Below are positions 27,347 to 36,737 of a DNA stretch of 64,000 nucleotides, piece by piece. The notes under the pieces are model-generated. The model made no database searches. It saw only the letters and a program-made list of their open reading frames with translations, and was not told the origin of the DNA. The DNA is from Bacteroidota bacterium (GTDB lineage: Bacteria; Bacteroidota; Bacteroidia; Bacteroidales; GCA-2748055). Position numbers and translations under genes: made by a program. Numbering within the stretch: position 1 is the first letter of the stretch; every line of letters starts with the position of its first letter. The stretch covers positions 13,437 to 77,436 of the forward strand of contig JBDLIM010000007.1 of the NCBI GenBank assembly GCA_039714915.1, read 5' to 3'.

Positions 27347-28330
27347 CTAGAAGAGCTGGTTGGCTGCCTCTGCAATTCCTTCAAGATCCTGATCCATCAT
27401 GCATTTGAAATGCTTTTTCGGACATTTCTGATATCCGATTTTTGAGCAGGGACGGCAGCTGAGAGCTTGCACTTCGAATTGCATGGAAGCAGGATGCGAT
27501 CTGAAGGGAAACATTCCAAATTTCGGCACTGTATTTCCCCATACGGACAGGATTTTTTTGTGGAATGCCGCTCCCACATGCATGAGACCCGTATCGTGAG
27601 TAATCAGCACATGGGCCTGTCTGACCAGTGAGGCCGATTGGTGGATCCTGTATTGGCCACAGCTGTTGAGGATGGTTTTTTCGGGGACTGCAGATACCAG
27701 GGCCTCGCCTGTTTCCCTGTCGGTGGGCCCCCCCAGAACAATTACCGGATGCCTGAGCTTTTTACAAAGTTCGATCAGCAATGCTACCGGGAGCTTCTTG
27801 GTCTCGTGCTGAGCGCCAATGGACAGGCCAATGTATCCGTTTTGAAATTCTTTGGGAAGTGTGGAAAGATCTACTGCTTCCCTCCCGGGAATGAAATAAT
27901 CCAATCCTCCCTGATCCCTTTCCGATATGAAGCCTGATATGGTATCCAGGTTACGGTCCACCATATGCCGGTATGGCATCCGGTCCAGTTTCAGGTTTAC
28001 AAAAAGCCACTTCTTCCAGTTTAGCTTGCGTACTGTGAAATCCATCCGTTTAAGGCCGTATTTCAAGCGGGCCGACCTGGCGTTGTGATGGAGGTCAATG
28101 ATGTAGTCGATCTGAAAGGTCTTAAGATCCCTGATGCATTTCTTCATATCCCCGTCAAAGGAATGGATTCTGTCCACAAAAGGATTGGCTTCCAGAAGAG
28201 AGGCGTAATCAGATTTGGTAAGGAAATGAATTTCGGCATCTTCCACCTCTTGCTTCAGGTGGCGCATTACAGGTGTGGTCAGGATAATGTCCCCAATTGA
28301 ACTGAAGCGGACTACAAGGAATTTAACCAT
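27347..28330 (-). CDS. Glycosyltransferase family 9 (LPS heptosyltransferase-like)
   Basis: It has a GT9 N-terminus (MVKFLVVRFSSIGDIILTTPVMRHLK) and C-terminal HDTGLMHVGAAF. The ATG at 28330 shares one base with the stop of the upstream hydrolase gene (TGATG). Confidence 0.85.
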   Translation of the reverse strand: MVKFLVVRFSSIGDIILTTPVMRHLKQEVEDAEIHFLTKSDYASLLEANPFVDRIHSFDGDMKKCIRDLKTFQIDYIIDLHHNARSARLKYGLKRMDFTVRKLNWKKWLFVNLKLDRMPYRHMVDRNLDTISGFISERDQGGLDYFIPGREAVDLSTLPKEFQNGYIGLSIGAQHETKKLPVALLIELCKKLRHPVIVLGGPTDRETGEALVSAVPEKTILNSCGQYRIHQSASLVRQAHVLITHDTGLMHVGAAFHKKILSVWGNTVPKFGMFPFRSHPASMQFEVQALSCRPCSKIGYQKCPKKHFKCMMDQDLEGIAEAANQLF

Positions 28331-29079
28331 CAAATAAGATTCTTAAAAAAAAGAATCAGCGCTAACCAGTATTCTGAGTTGTACTTGTTTTCTTCTGTTA
28401 ATGCACGTGACCCCCTTCCCCCGTCTCCAAGTGCCGGCTCAAAAAGTGTGAGATACTGGGCAGGTATACTGGAGGCAAGCTCGCTTGCATAGGGGAATTC
28501 AGGCTTGCTGGAAGTTATAAAGACTGGTTTTTCCAGATGGGCAGCAATTTCCTGGATCTTCAGTTCGGGTAAAAAATATTCACCCGGACTAAGGGCAATC
28601 ACTGCCCTGACGTTGTCATTTTCACCTGCTATTTTCAGACACAGGGAACCATTGGCACCACTTCCTAATATTATAACCGGCTTGTTGGATTTAGTCAGGG
28701 CATATTCAATGGCAGCCAGCATATCCATTTCCACATTATTTATTCCCTGTGCACATCTGCTTTCCCTGCAACGCTTGGCTGTCTCGTTGGATACATTGTT
28801 GCTATTTCCCCCATTCCGGGTATCAATTGCAAGGCAATTATAGTCCATCTTACACAGTCGTTGGGCAATGCTTATAAACTCACCACGGCTCGACTCCTGC
28901 TCATGAAACAGAAGAATGAAAGGAAGTGTGTCGGAAACGAAATACTGATCTGCAGTGATTTCAAGACCGTCTGAAGAGGTAAATGTGGCCGTACTGACCC
29001 TTACCACATTGAAGGAGCTTAATAACAGGAATAATAAAACAATTATTCCCAAATACTTATATGTTAGCAGTTTCCGCAA
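28330..29079 (-). CDS. Secreted alpha/beta-hydrolase-fold (dienelactone-hydrolase-like) protein
   Basis: 249 aa with a signal peptide. It has the layout FILLFHEQ...VIILGSGANGS...ALSPGEY. The nucleophile-elbow position reads GSGANG rather than GxSxG, so activity is uncertain. The only possible start is a TTG, and it overlaps the atpC 3' end by 23 nt. Confidence 0.55.
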   Translation of the reverse strand: MRKLLTYKYLGIIVLLFLLLSSFNVVRVSTATFTSSDGLEITADQYFVSDTLPFILLFHEQESSRGEFISIAQRLCKMDYNCLAIDTRNGGNSNNVSNETAKRCRESRCAQGINNVEMDMLAAIEYALTKSNKPVIILGSGANGSLCLKIAGENDNVRAVIALSPGEYFLPELKIQEIAAHLEKPVFITSSKPEFPYASELASSIPAQYLTLFEPALGDGGRGSRALTEENKYNSEYWLALILFFKNLI

Positions 29080-29305
29080 GTACTATGATTTTGTTGTTTT
29101 TTGCTTCAATTACTCCACCGTCCACATCAAAAAAGCTAATTCCGCCTTTCTGATCGACAATCTTTATTTTTCCCCGATCCAGGGTAGAGATTATGGGAGC
29201 ATGATTTCTAAGGATCTGAAATGAACCCTTGGATCCGGGTACCTGAATCAGGTCTACTTCTCCAGAGTATAATTTTTGATCCGGTGCAATGATCTCAAGC
29301 AACAT
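29057..29305 (-). CDS. atpC: F0F1 ATP synthase subunit epsilon (short, beta-sandwich only)
   Basis: 82 aa. MLLEIIAPDQKLYSGEVDLIQVPGSKGSFQILRNHAPIISTL is the typical epsilon N-domain. It lies directly downstream of atpD. The C-terminal helical hairpin is absent, as in other Bacteroidota. Confidence 0.85.
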   Translation of the reverse strand: MLLEIIAPDQKLYSGEVDLIQVPGSKGSFQILRNHAPIISTLDRGKIKIVDQKGGISFFDVDGGVIEAKNNKIIVLAETANI

Positions 29306-29311
29306 AAATCC

Positions 29312-30835
<1,524 letters not shown>

Positions 30836-30869
30836 TTATGTTTTAAAAAGCGATTTTATTAGGGAAACA

Positions 30870-30877
30870 CAAATTTA
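30870..30877 (-). promoter_or_regulatory. Candidate -7 promoter element (TAAATTTG on the minus strand) for atpD
   Basis: The plus strand reads CAAATTTA, which is TAAATTTG on the minus strand, about 47 nt upstream of the atpD ATG. Confidence 0.35.
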
Positions 30878-30904
30878 GTACTTTTTTATCGTCAACAAGC
30901 TAAA

Positions 30905-30955
30905 AAAGTTAGAAAGTCTAAAGTCTAAAGTCTAAAGTTTGAAAGTCTAAAGTCA
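30905..30955. repeat. Heptanucleotide tandem repeat array (AAAGTCT-type, ~7 units) in the atpD/OMP divergent region
   Basis: The units are AAAGTTA-G-AAAGTCT-AAAGTCT-AAAGTCT-AAAGTTT-G-AAAGTCT-AAAGTCA. The unit is related to the proB-proA array (AAAGTCA). Confidence 0.85.
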
Positions 30956-31044
30956 TAATAGCCATGAGGAATATGAACTAAAAGTATGTAACTATTCGAC
31001 CCAATAAATCGTAGAACTAAAATTGGTACCCTGAAAATGATGCA

Positions 31045-31635
31045 GTGAAAGAAAGAAGATCAGTTAAATGCATGCTTATAGCCTTGTGTTTTACCCTGAT
31101 AATCAGCGTGGGTTCCAAGGCCCAGATACATCGGGTGGGAGGAGGATTGTCATTTTCATCAGGTGTGGATTTTAATTATGGAGAAACCGGGAATCCGGGA
31201 TTGACATTCAGATCCTGGCTGGCAGTTAATAAACCGAGTACACTGCATGTGGTACCTTCTGTTACGGTTTATAACCGTTTCAGGCGGGAGACAGGTTACT
31301 CCATTCTGTCAAATTATATGTTGCAGGGAGATTTAAACCTGCAATATGCGTTCTTCAGTGAGACATCGGTGAAAGCTGTGGCCTTTGGGGGTGGGAACTT
31401 CACGTTTCTTAGTTCCACTTTTGAAGCTCTTATAGACACAAATAATGAAAATATAGCCGATAGAAATGATTATGCCTTTGGTGGAAATATAGGGGCAGGC
31501 CTGGAATTGAGCATGGCCCCCAAACTGGATTTTAATGTATCGGCAAAATACCTGTTTTCAACCTACTCGCAGTTTATAATTTCGGTACAGGTGGTGTACT
31601 TTTTTAAAGTGAGACGCAGGGCATACAGGCGATGA
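31045..31635 (+). CDS. Outer-membrane beta-barrel protein (small porin/OmpW-like class)
   Basis: 196 aa with a signal peptide ending SKAQ and alternating beta-strand pattern. The C-terminus is unusual: QVVYFFKVRRRAYRR. The start is either GTG 31045 or ATG 31072. Confidence 0.5.
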   Translation: MKERRSVKCMLIALCFTLIISVGSKAQIHRVGGGLSFSSGVDFNYGETGNPGLTFRSWLAVNKPSTLHVVPSVTVYNRFRRETGYSILSNYMLQGDLNLQYAFFSETSVKAVAFGGGNFTFLSSTFEALIDTNNENIADRNDYAFGGNIGAGLELSMAPKLDFNVSAKYLFSTYSQFIISVQVVYFFKVRRRAYRR

Positions 31636-31696
31636 TTTTTTTTTATCTTTAGTCACTATATATTGAGTATTAACCAGTTTCAGAATTTTAACTAAT

Positions 31697-32872
31697 ATGG
31701 CAAGCTTAAGCTTTTTACTTGGAATGGTACCCGGTACCGAAAAGGTAGAAACAGCACAAGACCAGCTACGGGCTGATTTTCAATCTTATAAAGAATACGA
31801 GAATTCGGATGAATTGAGGCACTACCTGGAACTTGAGAAGGAAATAAAATCAGGTAATTTCGCGCTTCGAAAGAAAAAAATACTCAGGGAAAAATACAAG
31901 GCTTCAGAGGCCTTCCGGAAGGAAGAACGCTATAACAAACTTCTCAAGAGACAGAAAGGGAATGAGAAATCAGAAGAGCTTAATAAGCTGGAAGAATATA
32001 TGTCTTCTGAGGAATTTATTAAGCAGAAGCAATACCTAACCATGAAGCCTGCCGAAAGGTATGAGACCACTGAGGAGTACCAGAAAGAAACAGAGTATCA
32101 GAGCTTAAAAAAATCTGAGAAGGTCCTGTGGTACTTCAAAACCAAAAAGAAGTATCCTTTCAAAGAACTGGAAAAGTGGGATATGACTTTTGAAGAGACT
32201 TTCAAAGGCGGATCGCTGGACAGGGGGAAATGGATGACCCGCTATTATTGGGGGGATGAAACCATGGATTCTTCCTTTGTTCTGGAAGATGATAAAAGCT
32301 TCATCACCGATGGAGACAACATCGATTTTTATGATAATAAGGCCAGGATTGTTACCAAGGCAACTAAGGCTGAAGGACTGGCCTGGAGGGCAGAGCAGGG
32401 TTTTGTCATGGAAGATTTTGATTTCACATCAGGTCTGATCAGTACCTCAAAAAGTTTCAAGCAGAAGTATGGTGTTTTCAAGGCAAAAGTTAAAATGGCG
32501 GGAGGATCGGTGGCCCAGTCTTTCTGGATGGTTTCGGAAACCATGCTCCCCCATATTGATGTGGCCAGGTTTGAAGACGGCAAGCTCTATGCAAATTATT
32601 TCTGGGGAAAGGGTGCTTCACCCAGTAAGTCACTTTCAAAAACAGGGGGCGCCAAATACGCCGATGAGTACTTTATTTACACCCTGGAGTGGACGCCAAA
32701 CAAACTGGTATGGAAGATCAACGACAAGGTATTTAAAACCCAGACCTCCGGAATCCCTCAGGACGAGATGAGCATCAACTTTTCGGCCAATCTGAAAAAG
32801 GATGCTTCAGAAAGCGGCCTTCCGGCAGCCATGGAGATTGACTGGATCAGGGTGTACAAGTTGAAAAGTTAG
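31697..32872 (+). CDS. GH16-like (concanavalin-A-like fold) protein with a Lys/Glu-rich N-terminal repeat region and a degenerate catalytic motif
   Basis: 391 aa. The C-terminal ~220 aa show GH16-like strands (FTSGLISTSKSF, YGVFKAKVKM, SFWMVSE, YTLEWTPNKLVWKINDKVF, MEIDWIRVYK). No signal peptide is evident. Confidence 0.6.
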   Translation: MASLSFLLGMVPGTEKVETAQDQLRADFQSYKEYENSDELRHYLELEKEIKSGNFALRKKKILREKYKASEAFRKEERYNKLLKRQKGNEKSEELNKLEEYMSSEEFIKQKQYLTMKPAERYETTEEYQKETEYQSLKKSEKVLWYFKTKKKYPFKELEKWDMTFEETFKGGSLDRGKWMTRYYWGDETMDSSFVLEDDKSFITDGDNIDFYDNKARIVTKATKAEGLAWRAEQGFVMEDFDFTSGLISTSKSFKQKYGVFKAKVKMAGGSVAQSFWMVSETMLPHIDVARFEDGKLYANYFWGKGASPSKSLSKTGGAKYADEYFIYTLEWTPNKLVWKINDKVFKTQTSGIPQDEMSINFSANLKKDASESGLPAAMEIDWIRVYKLKS

Positions 32873-32881
32873 CACTCTGTA

Positions 32882-32916
32882 GAAAGTGGAAAGTAGAAGG
32901 TAAAAAGTGTGAAGGG
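32882..32916. repeat. Degenerate heptanucleotide repeat (GAAAGTG GAAAGTA GAAGGTA AAAAGTG TGAAGGG)
   Basis: There are five consecutive 7-nt units related to GAAAGTN, immediately 3' of the GH16-like gene and 5' of a terminator hairpin. Confidence 0.55.
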
Positions 32917-32946
32917 CCCCGTTCATTGATTTGGATGGGGTTTTTT
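32917..32946 (+). terminator. Rho-independent terminator after the GH16-like gene
   Basis: The stem CCCCGTTCA / TGGATGGGG has 9 pairs including 2 G-U, with a 6-nt loop, followed by TTTTTT (32941-32946). Confidence 0.6.
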
Positions 32947-33208
32947 CATTCTTTTTGATGCAATTCCTCGTTTTCATGTATCAATTCATGTTCTTGTGGA
33001 GTAGGGATAATAACCGTTTGTGTCTGTTTATAGTAATAATTTGACTATTCGCAGACTTTTTTTGTCCGTCGACTAACCGTTTATGTCAGGAAATAGTCAA
33101 AAATCTGCCCATTTGCGGAACTTTTTTATCAGGTATCCTGTTCCGTTTCATTCTCTGTTTTGTATTTTTCGTTCGACAATCAGTTCAACCATCACATAAA
33201 CAAAAGAT

Positions 33209-34897
33209 ATGAAAAAGACGGTACTAAGTTTGGGCCTGATGGCCCTGATGGTTTTGGGATACTGCCAGGACAGGCTTACCGGCAAAGCATTTGCCACCAG
33301 GTCGGAAGTGATTGCGCAGCATGGCATGGCCTGTACCAGTCAGCCCCTGGCTACCCAGGTGGCCCTGGATGTGTTAAAGGCGGGTGGGAATGCCATTGAT
33401 GCAGCCATTGCAGCCAATGCAGTGCTTGGATTGGTGGAACCTACGGGGAATGGCATTGGAGGCGATCTGTTCGCCATTGTATGGGATGCCAAAACCGCAA
33501 GGCTATATGGATTGAATGCCAGTGGCCGGTCACCAAAAGCATTGAGCCGCGATTATTTTATTGAAAACGGCTACGATAAAATCCCCTCCTATGGACCCTT
33601 GCCTGTTTCCGTTCCAGGATGTGTGGATGGATGGTTTGAATTGCATGAAAAATTTGGAACAAAAGAGATGGAAGAGATCCTTCAGCCGGCCATTAGCTAC
33701 GCCAGGGAAGGATTCCCGGTTACCGAGTTAATTGCAACCTACTGGGCAGGGGGAGCCAGGGCCCTGAGTCGTTTTCCCAATGTGGCAGAGGTCTATATGC
33801 CAGGAGGGAAGGCTCCTGCGAAAGGGGAAATATTTAAAAACCCATACCTGGCCAGTACCCTGGAAAAGATAGCAAAGGGAGGACGTGATGCCTTCTATAA
33901 AGGAGAGATTGCTCATGCCATCGATAAGTTTATGAAGGAGCAGGGGGGATTCCTCTCCTATGAAGATCTGGCCAGGCATAACTCTGAGTGGGTGGAACCT
34001 GTGAGCACCAATTACAGGGGATATGACGTATGGGAATTACCACCGAATGGACAGGGAATAGCCGCACTTCAAATATTGAATATCCTGGAAGCTTATGACA
34101 TAGCAGGGATGGAGTTTGGATCAGCTGAATATATACATCACTTTGTGGAAGCTAAAAAACTGGCCTTTGAGGACAGGGCTAAATATTATGCCGATCCGGA
34201 TTTCAATGATTTACCTGTGGATGAATTAATATCCAAGGAATATGCTTCTGAAAGAAGGGCACTGATCAATCCCAACAGGGCCTCCCGGACCCTTGACGCA
34301 GGTAAGATAGAGCATGGAAATACCATTTACCTGACCGTTGCCGACGGAGAGGGAAATATGATCTCCTTAATACAGAGCAATTACCGGGGACTTGGCTCCG
34401 GGATGTGTCCTCCCGGGCTGGGCTTCATTTTGCAGGACCGGGGAGAATTATTCAGCCTGGAAGAAGGGCATAACAACGTATATGAGCCAGACAAAAGACC
34501 CTTTCACACCATTATTCCGGCCTTTATCACCAGGGAGGGCAAGCCCTGGATGAGCTTTGGGGTCATGGGTGGATCCATGCAACCCCAGGGACATGCCCAG
34601 ATTGTGGTGAACCTGATTGATTTTGGCATGAACCTGCAGGAGGCGGGCGATGCACCACGCATCCGACATGGAGGTTCTTCGCAACCCACAGGAGAACAGA
34701 TGACCGATGGGGGCGTTGTCTACCTGGAGTCGGGCTTTGATTATGAAAGTATCCGGGGATTGATGCGACGGGGCCACAAAGTTCAGTTTTCGAACGGGGC
34801 TTATGGGGGATACCAGGCAATTCTGTGGGATGAAGAGAAGGGGGTATATTTCGGGGCATCTGAGTCCAGAAAAGATGGTCAGGCTGCAGGGTATTAG
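33209..34897 (+). CDS. ggt: Gamma-glutamyltransferase
   Basis: 562 aa with a signal peptide. It has the GGT signatures GGNAIDAA, GIGGD, an autoprocessing site near GNTIYLTVADGEGNM (Thr nucleophile context), and C-terminal GGSMQPQGHAQ. Confidence 0.93.
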   Translation: MKKTVLSLGLMALMVLGYCQDRLTGKAFATRSEVIAQHGMACTSQPLATQVALDVLKAGGNAIDAAIAANAVLGLVEPTGNGIGGDLFAIVWDAKTARLYGLNASGRSPKALSRDYFIENGYDKIPSYGPLPVSVPGCVDGWFELHEKFGTKEMEEILQPAISYAREGFPVTELIATYWAGGARALSRFPNVAEVYMPGGKAPAKGEIFKNPYLASTLEKIAKGGRDAFYKGEIAHAIDKFMKEQGGFLSYEDLARHNSEWVEPVSTNYRGYDVWELPPNGQGIAALQILNILEAYDIAGMEFGSAEYIHHFVEAKKLAFEDRAKYYADPDFNDLPVDELISKEYASERRALINPNRASRTLDAGKIEHGNTIYLTVADGEGNMISLIQSNYRGLGSGMCPPGLGFILQDRGELFSLEEGHNNVYEPDKRPFHTIIPAFITREGKPWMSFGVMGGSMQPQGHAQIVVNLIDFGMNLQEAGDAPRIRHGGSSQPTGEQMTDGGVVYLESGFDYESIRGLMRRGHKVQFSNGAYGGYQAILWDEEKGVYFGASESRKDGQAAGY

Positions 34898-34931
34898 AGT
34901 CACCATCCACCAATCCCCAATCACTATTCCA

Positions 34932-36737
34932 CTAGAACGGCCAGAACCGGGGAATAACCAACAGAGAGATAATCAGGGCAAGGATATTCAGAGGAAGGCC
35001 AATCTTCCAGTAATCGCTGAACTTGTAGTTACCTATGCTCTGTACGATCAGGTTGGTCTGGTAGCCGATGGGGGTGGAAAAGCTTGCAGAGGCGGCCACG
35101 CATATGGTGATAAAGAAGGGCCTGGGATCCACGCCTAATTGAGTGGCTGCTGCATAGGCGATGGGGAAGGTAATAGCAGCAGCGGCGTTGTTGGTGATGA
35201 TTTCAGTAAAGACGTTGGTGATGATGAATATGGCTGCCAGCACTCCCAGGGGCCCGAATCCCTTTGAAAGATTAATGGTGGAACGGGCGATGAAATCAGC
35301 TGCCCCGGAATTTTGCAGGGCGCGGCTCACCCCGATGGCTGCAGCGATGGTAATAAGCACATCCCAGTTAATGGGTTTGGTGTATTTCTTTGGAGTGAAC
35401 ACCTTCATCAGGGCCATGAGTACCACGGTAATTGCCGCAAAGAAAAACATGTCAAGTTCATTCTTTCCCTGATGGGGAATGTACCTTCCTGCGGTTGCTC
35501 CGGCAATCATAATTACCACCAGCCCCATGGCTACCCATCTCCGGCGACGGTCCTTTGAATCATCCATTTCGCCAATCTCCGAGGCCATGTAGAATACCCG
35601 GGATTCACCCCAGTACCTGGTGAAATCTTCTGTGGTAAGCAGCATCAGGTTGTCCCCTGCTTTCATTTCCAGGTTGTCCAGGTTGGTGGTAATCCGTTCC
35701 CCATTTCTGTGGACGGCCATAACCACTGCATTGTAGTGACCGAAAAAATCAAATTCGCCCAGGGTACGTTGAATACCCGGGAAACGGGGAGCAATAACCA
35801 CTTCCACCTGGCGCAGGGATTTCTTCAGAAAATCGGAACTCACATTATCCAGGGCATGCAGTTTAATATTGGAAGATTGAGTCAGGTATCCCACATCCTC
35901 GGAACTTCCGGCCACGATGAGTTTATCATTGGCTTCCAGTTGAAAGGGAGTATTTGAGATCCGTATGTGTTTGCCGTCCCTGATGACCGTTCGTACAGTA
36001 AATTCATTCAGTCCGGACAGCCTCCTTTTCTCTATCTCTTTGCCAATGTAATTGGAGTTTTTTGGCAGGTATAAATCAAAATAGTATTCCCGGGTATCGT
36101 TGGGGAAGCTGAATCTTGGAATTTTCTCACCCGGAAGAAGCCGGTTCGAAAACAGGTTCATGTAAAGAAAGCCAAAAAAGACAATAAACAGTCCCACTTT
36201 AGCCAGTTCAAACATTCCGATTCCAGCCATTCCCCGGTCGAGCATCATTCCATGTACCAGGAGATTGGTGGAGGTGCCGATGAGGGTACAGGTGCCTCCG
36301 AATATGGTGGCATAGGATAGGGGGATCAGGAATTTCTGAGAGGGCATGCTCAGCTTATCGGCCCATTTCTTTAGCATGGGACCGAAGATGATCACTACCG
36401 GTGTATTGTTCAGGAAAGCGGAGATGGCCGAAACCGGTATCATGATCTGCATCAGGAGCCTGGGAATGGGTTTTCGCTTTTTTGGCAGAATTATCCTGCC
36501 GAACTTGTTCAGAACTCCGGATTCTTTTACCCCTTCACTAACGAGAAACAAGAGTGCAACAGTGATCATACCTTTGTTTGAGAAACCGGAGAGGGCTTCT
36601 TCTGCGGTAAGTATGTCTGCTGCAAGAAAAATAACAAGGGCCGAAAAAAGAATCAGGCCGGGACGCAGAATTTCCCGAACAAGGGCAACAATTACCAGCA
36701 GGATGATACCCAAAGCAATATAACCAGATACAGTCAT
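34932..36737 (-). CDS. SLC13/DASS-family anion permease with central TrkA-C (RCK_C) domains
   Basis: 601 aa. Polytopic N- and C-terminal halves (SNKGMITVALLFLVSEGV..., NNAAAAITFPIAYA) flank a ~170-aa soluble insert typical of TrkA-C-containing SLC13 permeases. Confidence 0.8.
   Translation of the reverse strand: MTVSGYIALGIILLVIVALVREILRPGLILFSALVIFLAADILTAEEALSGFSNKGMITVALLFLVSEGVKESGVLNKFGRIILPKKRKPIPRLLMQIMIPVSAISAFLNNTPVVIIFGPMLKKWADKLSMPSQKFLIPLSYATIFGGTCTLIGTSTNLLVHGMMLDRGMAGIGMFELAKVGLFIVFFGFLYMNLFSNRLLPGEKIPRFSFPNDTREYYFDLYLPKNSNYIGKEIEKRRLSGLNEFTVRTVIRDGKHIRISNTPFQLEANDKLIVAGSSEDVGYLTQSSNIKLHALDNVSSDFLKKSLRQVEVVIAPRFPGIQRTLGEFDFFGHYNAVVMAVHRNGERITTNLDNLEMKAGDNLMLLTTEDFTRYWGESRVFYMASEIGEMDDSKDRRRRWVAMGLVVIMIAGATAGRYIPHQGKNELDMFFFAAITVVLMALMKVFTPKKYTKPINWDVLITIAAAIGVSRALQNSGAADFIARSTINLSKGFGPLGVLAAIFIITNVFTEIITNNAAAAITFPIAYAAATQLGVDPRPFFITICVAASASFSTPIGYQTNLIVQSIGNYKFSDYWKIGLPLNILALIISLLVIPRFWPF

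Noticed and set aside
30905-30955. Whether the short tandem arrays could be a CRISPR array.
   Set aside because: The period is 7 nt with no spacers. CRISPR repeats are about 24-48 nt and are separated by unique spacers of similar length. No cas genes are present in the window.
32947-33208. A tRNA or other small structured RNA gene in the largest intergenic gaps (also 55257-55500 and 30824-31044).
   Set aside because: I could not trace an acceptor-stem/T-arm pattern (GTTCRANNC) or any known riboswitch core by eye. Only the repeat structure is reported. A covariance-model scan would be needed to exclude ncRNAs.
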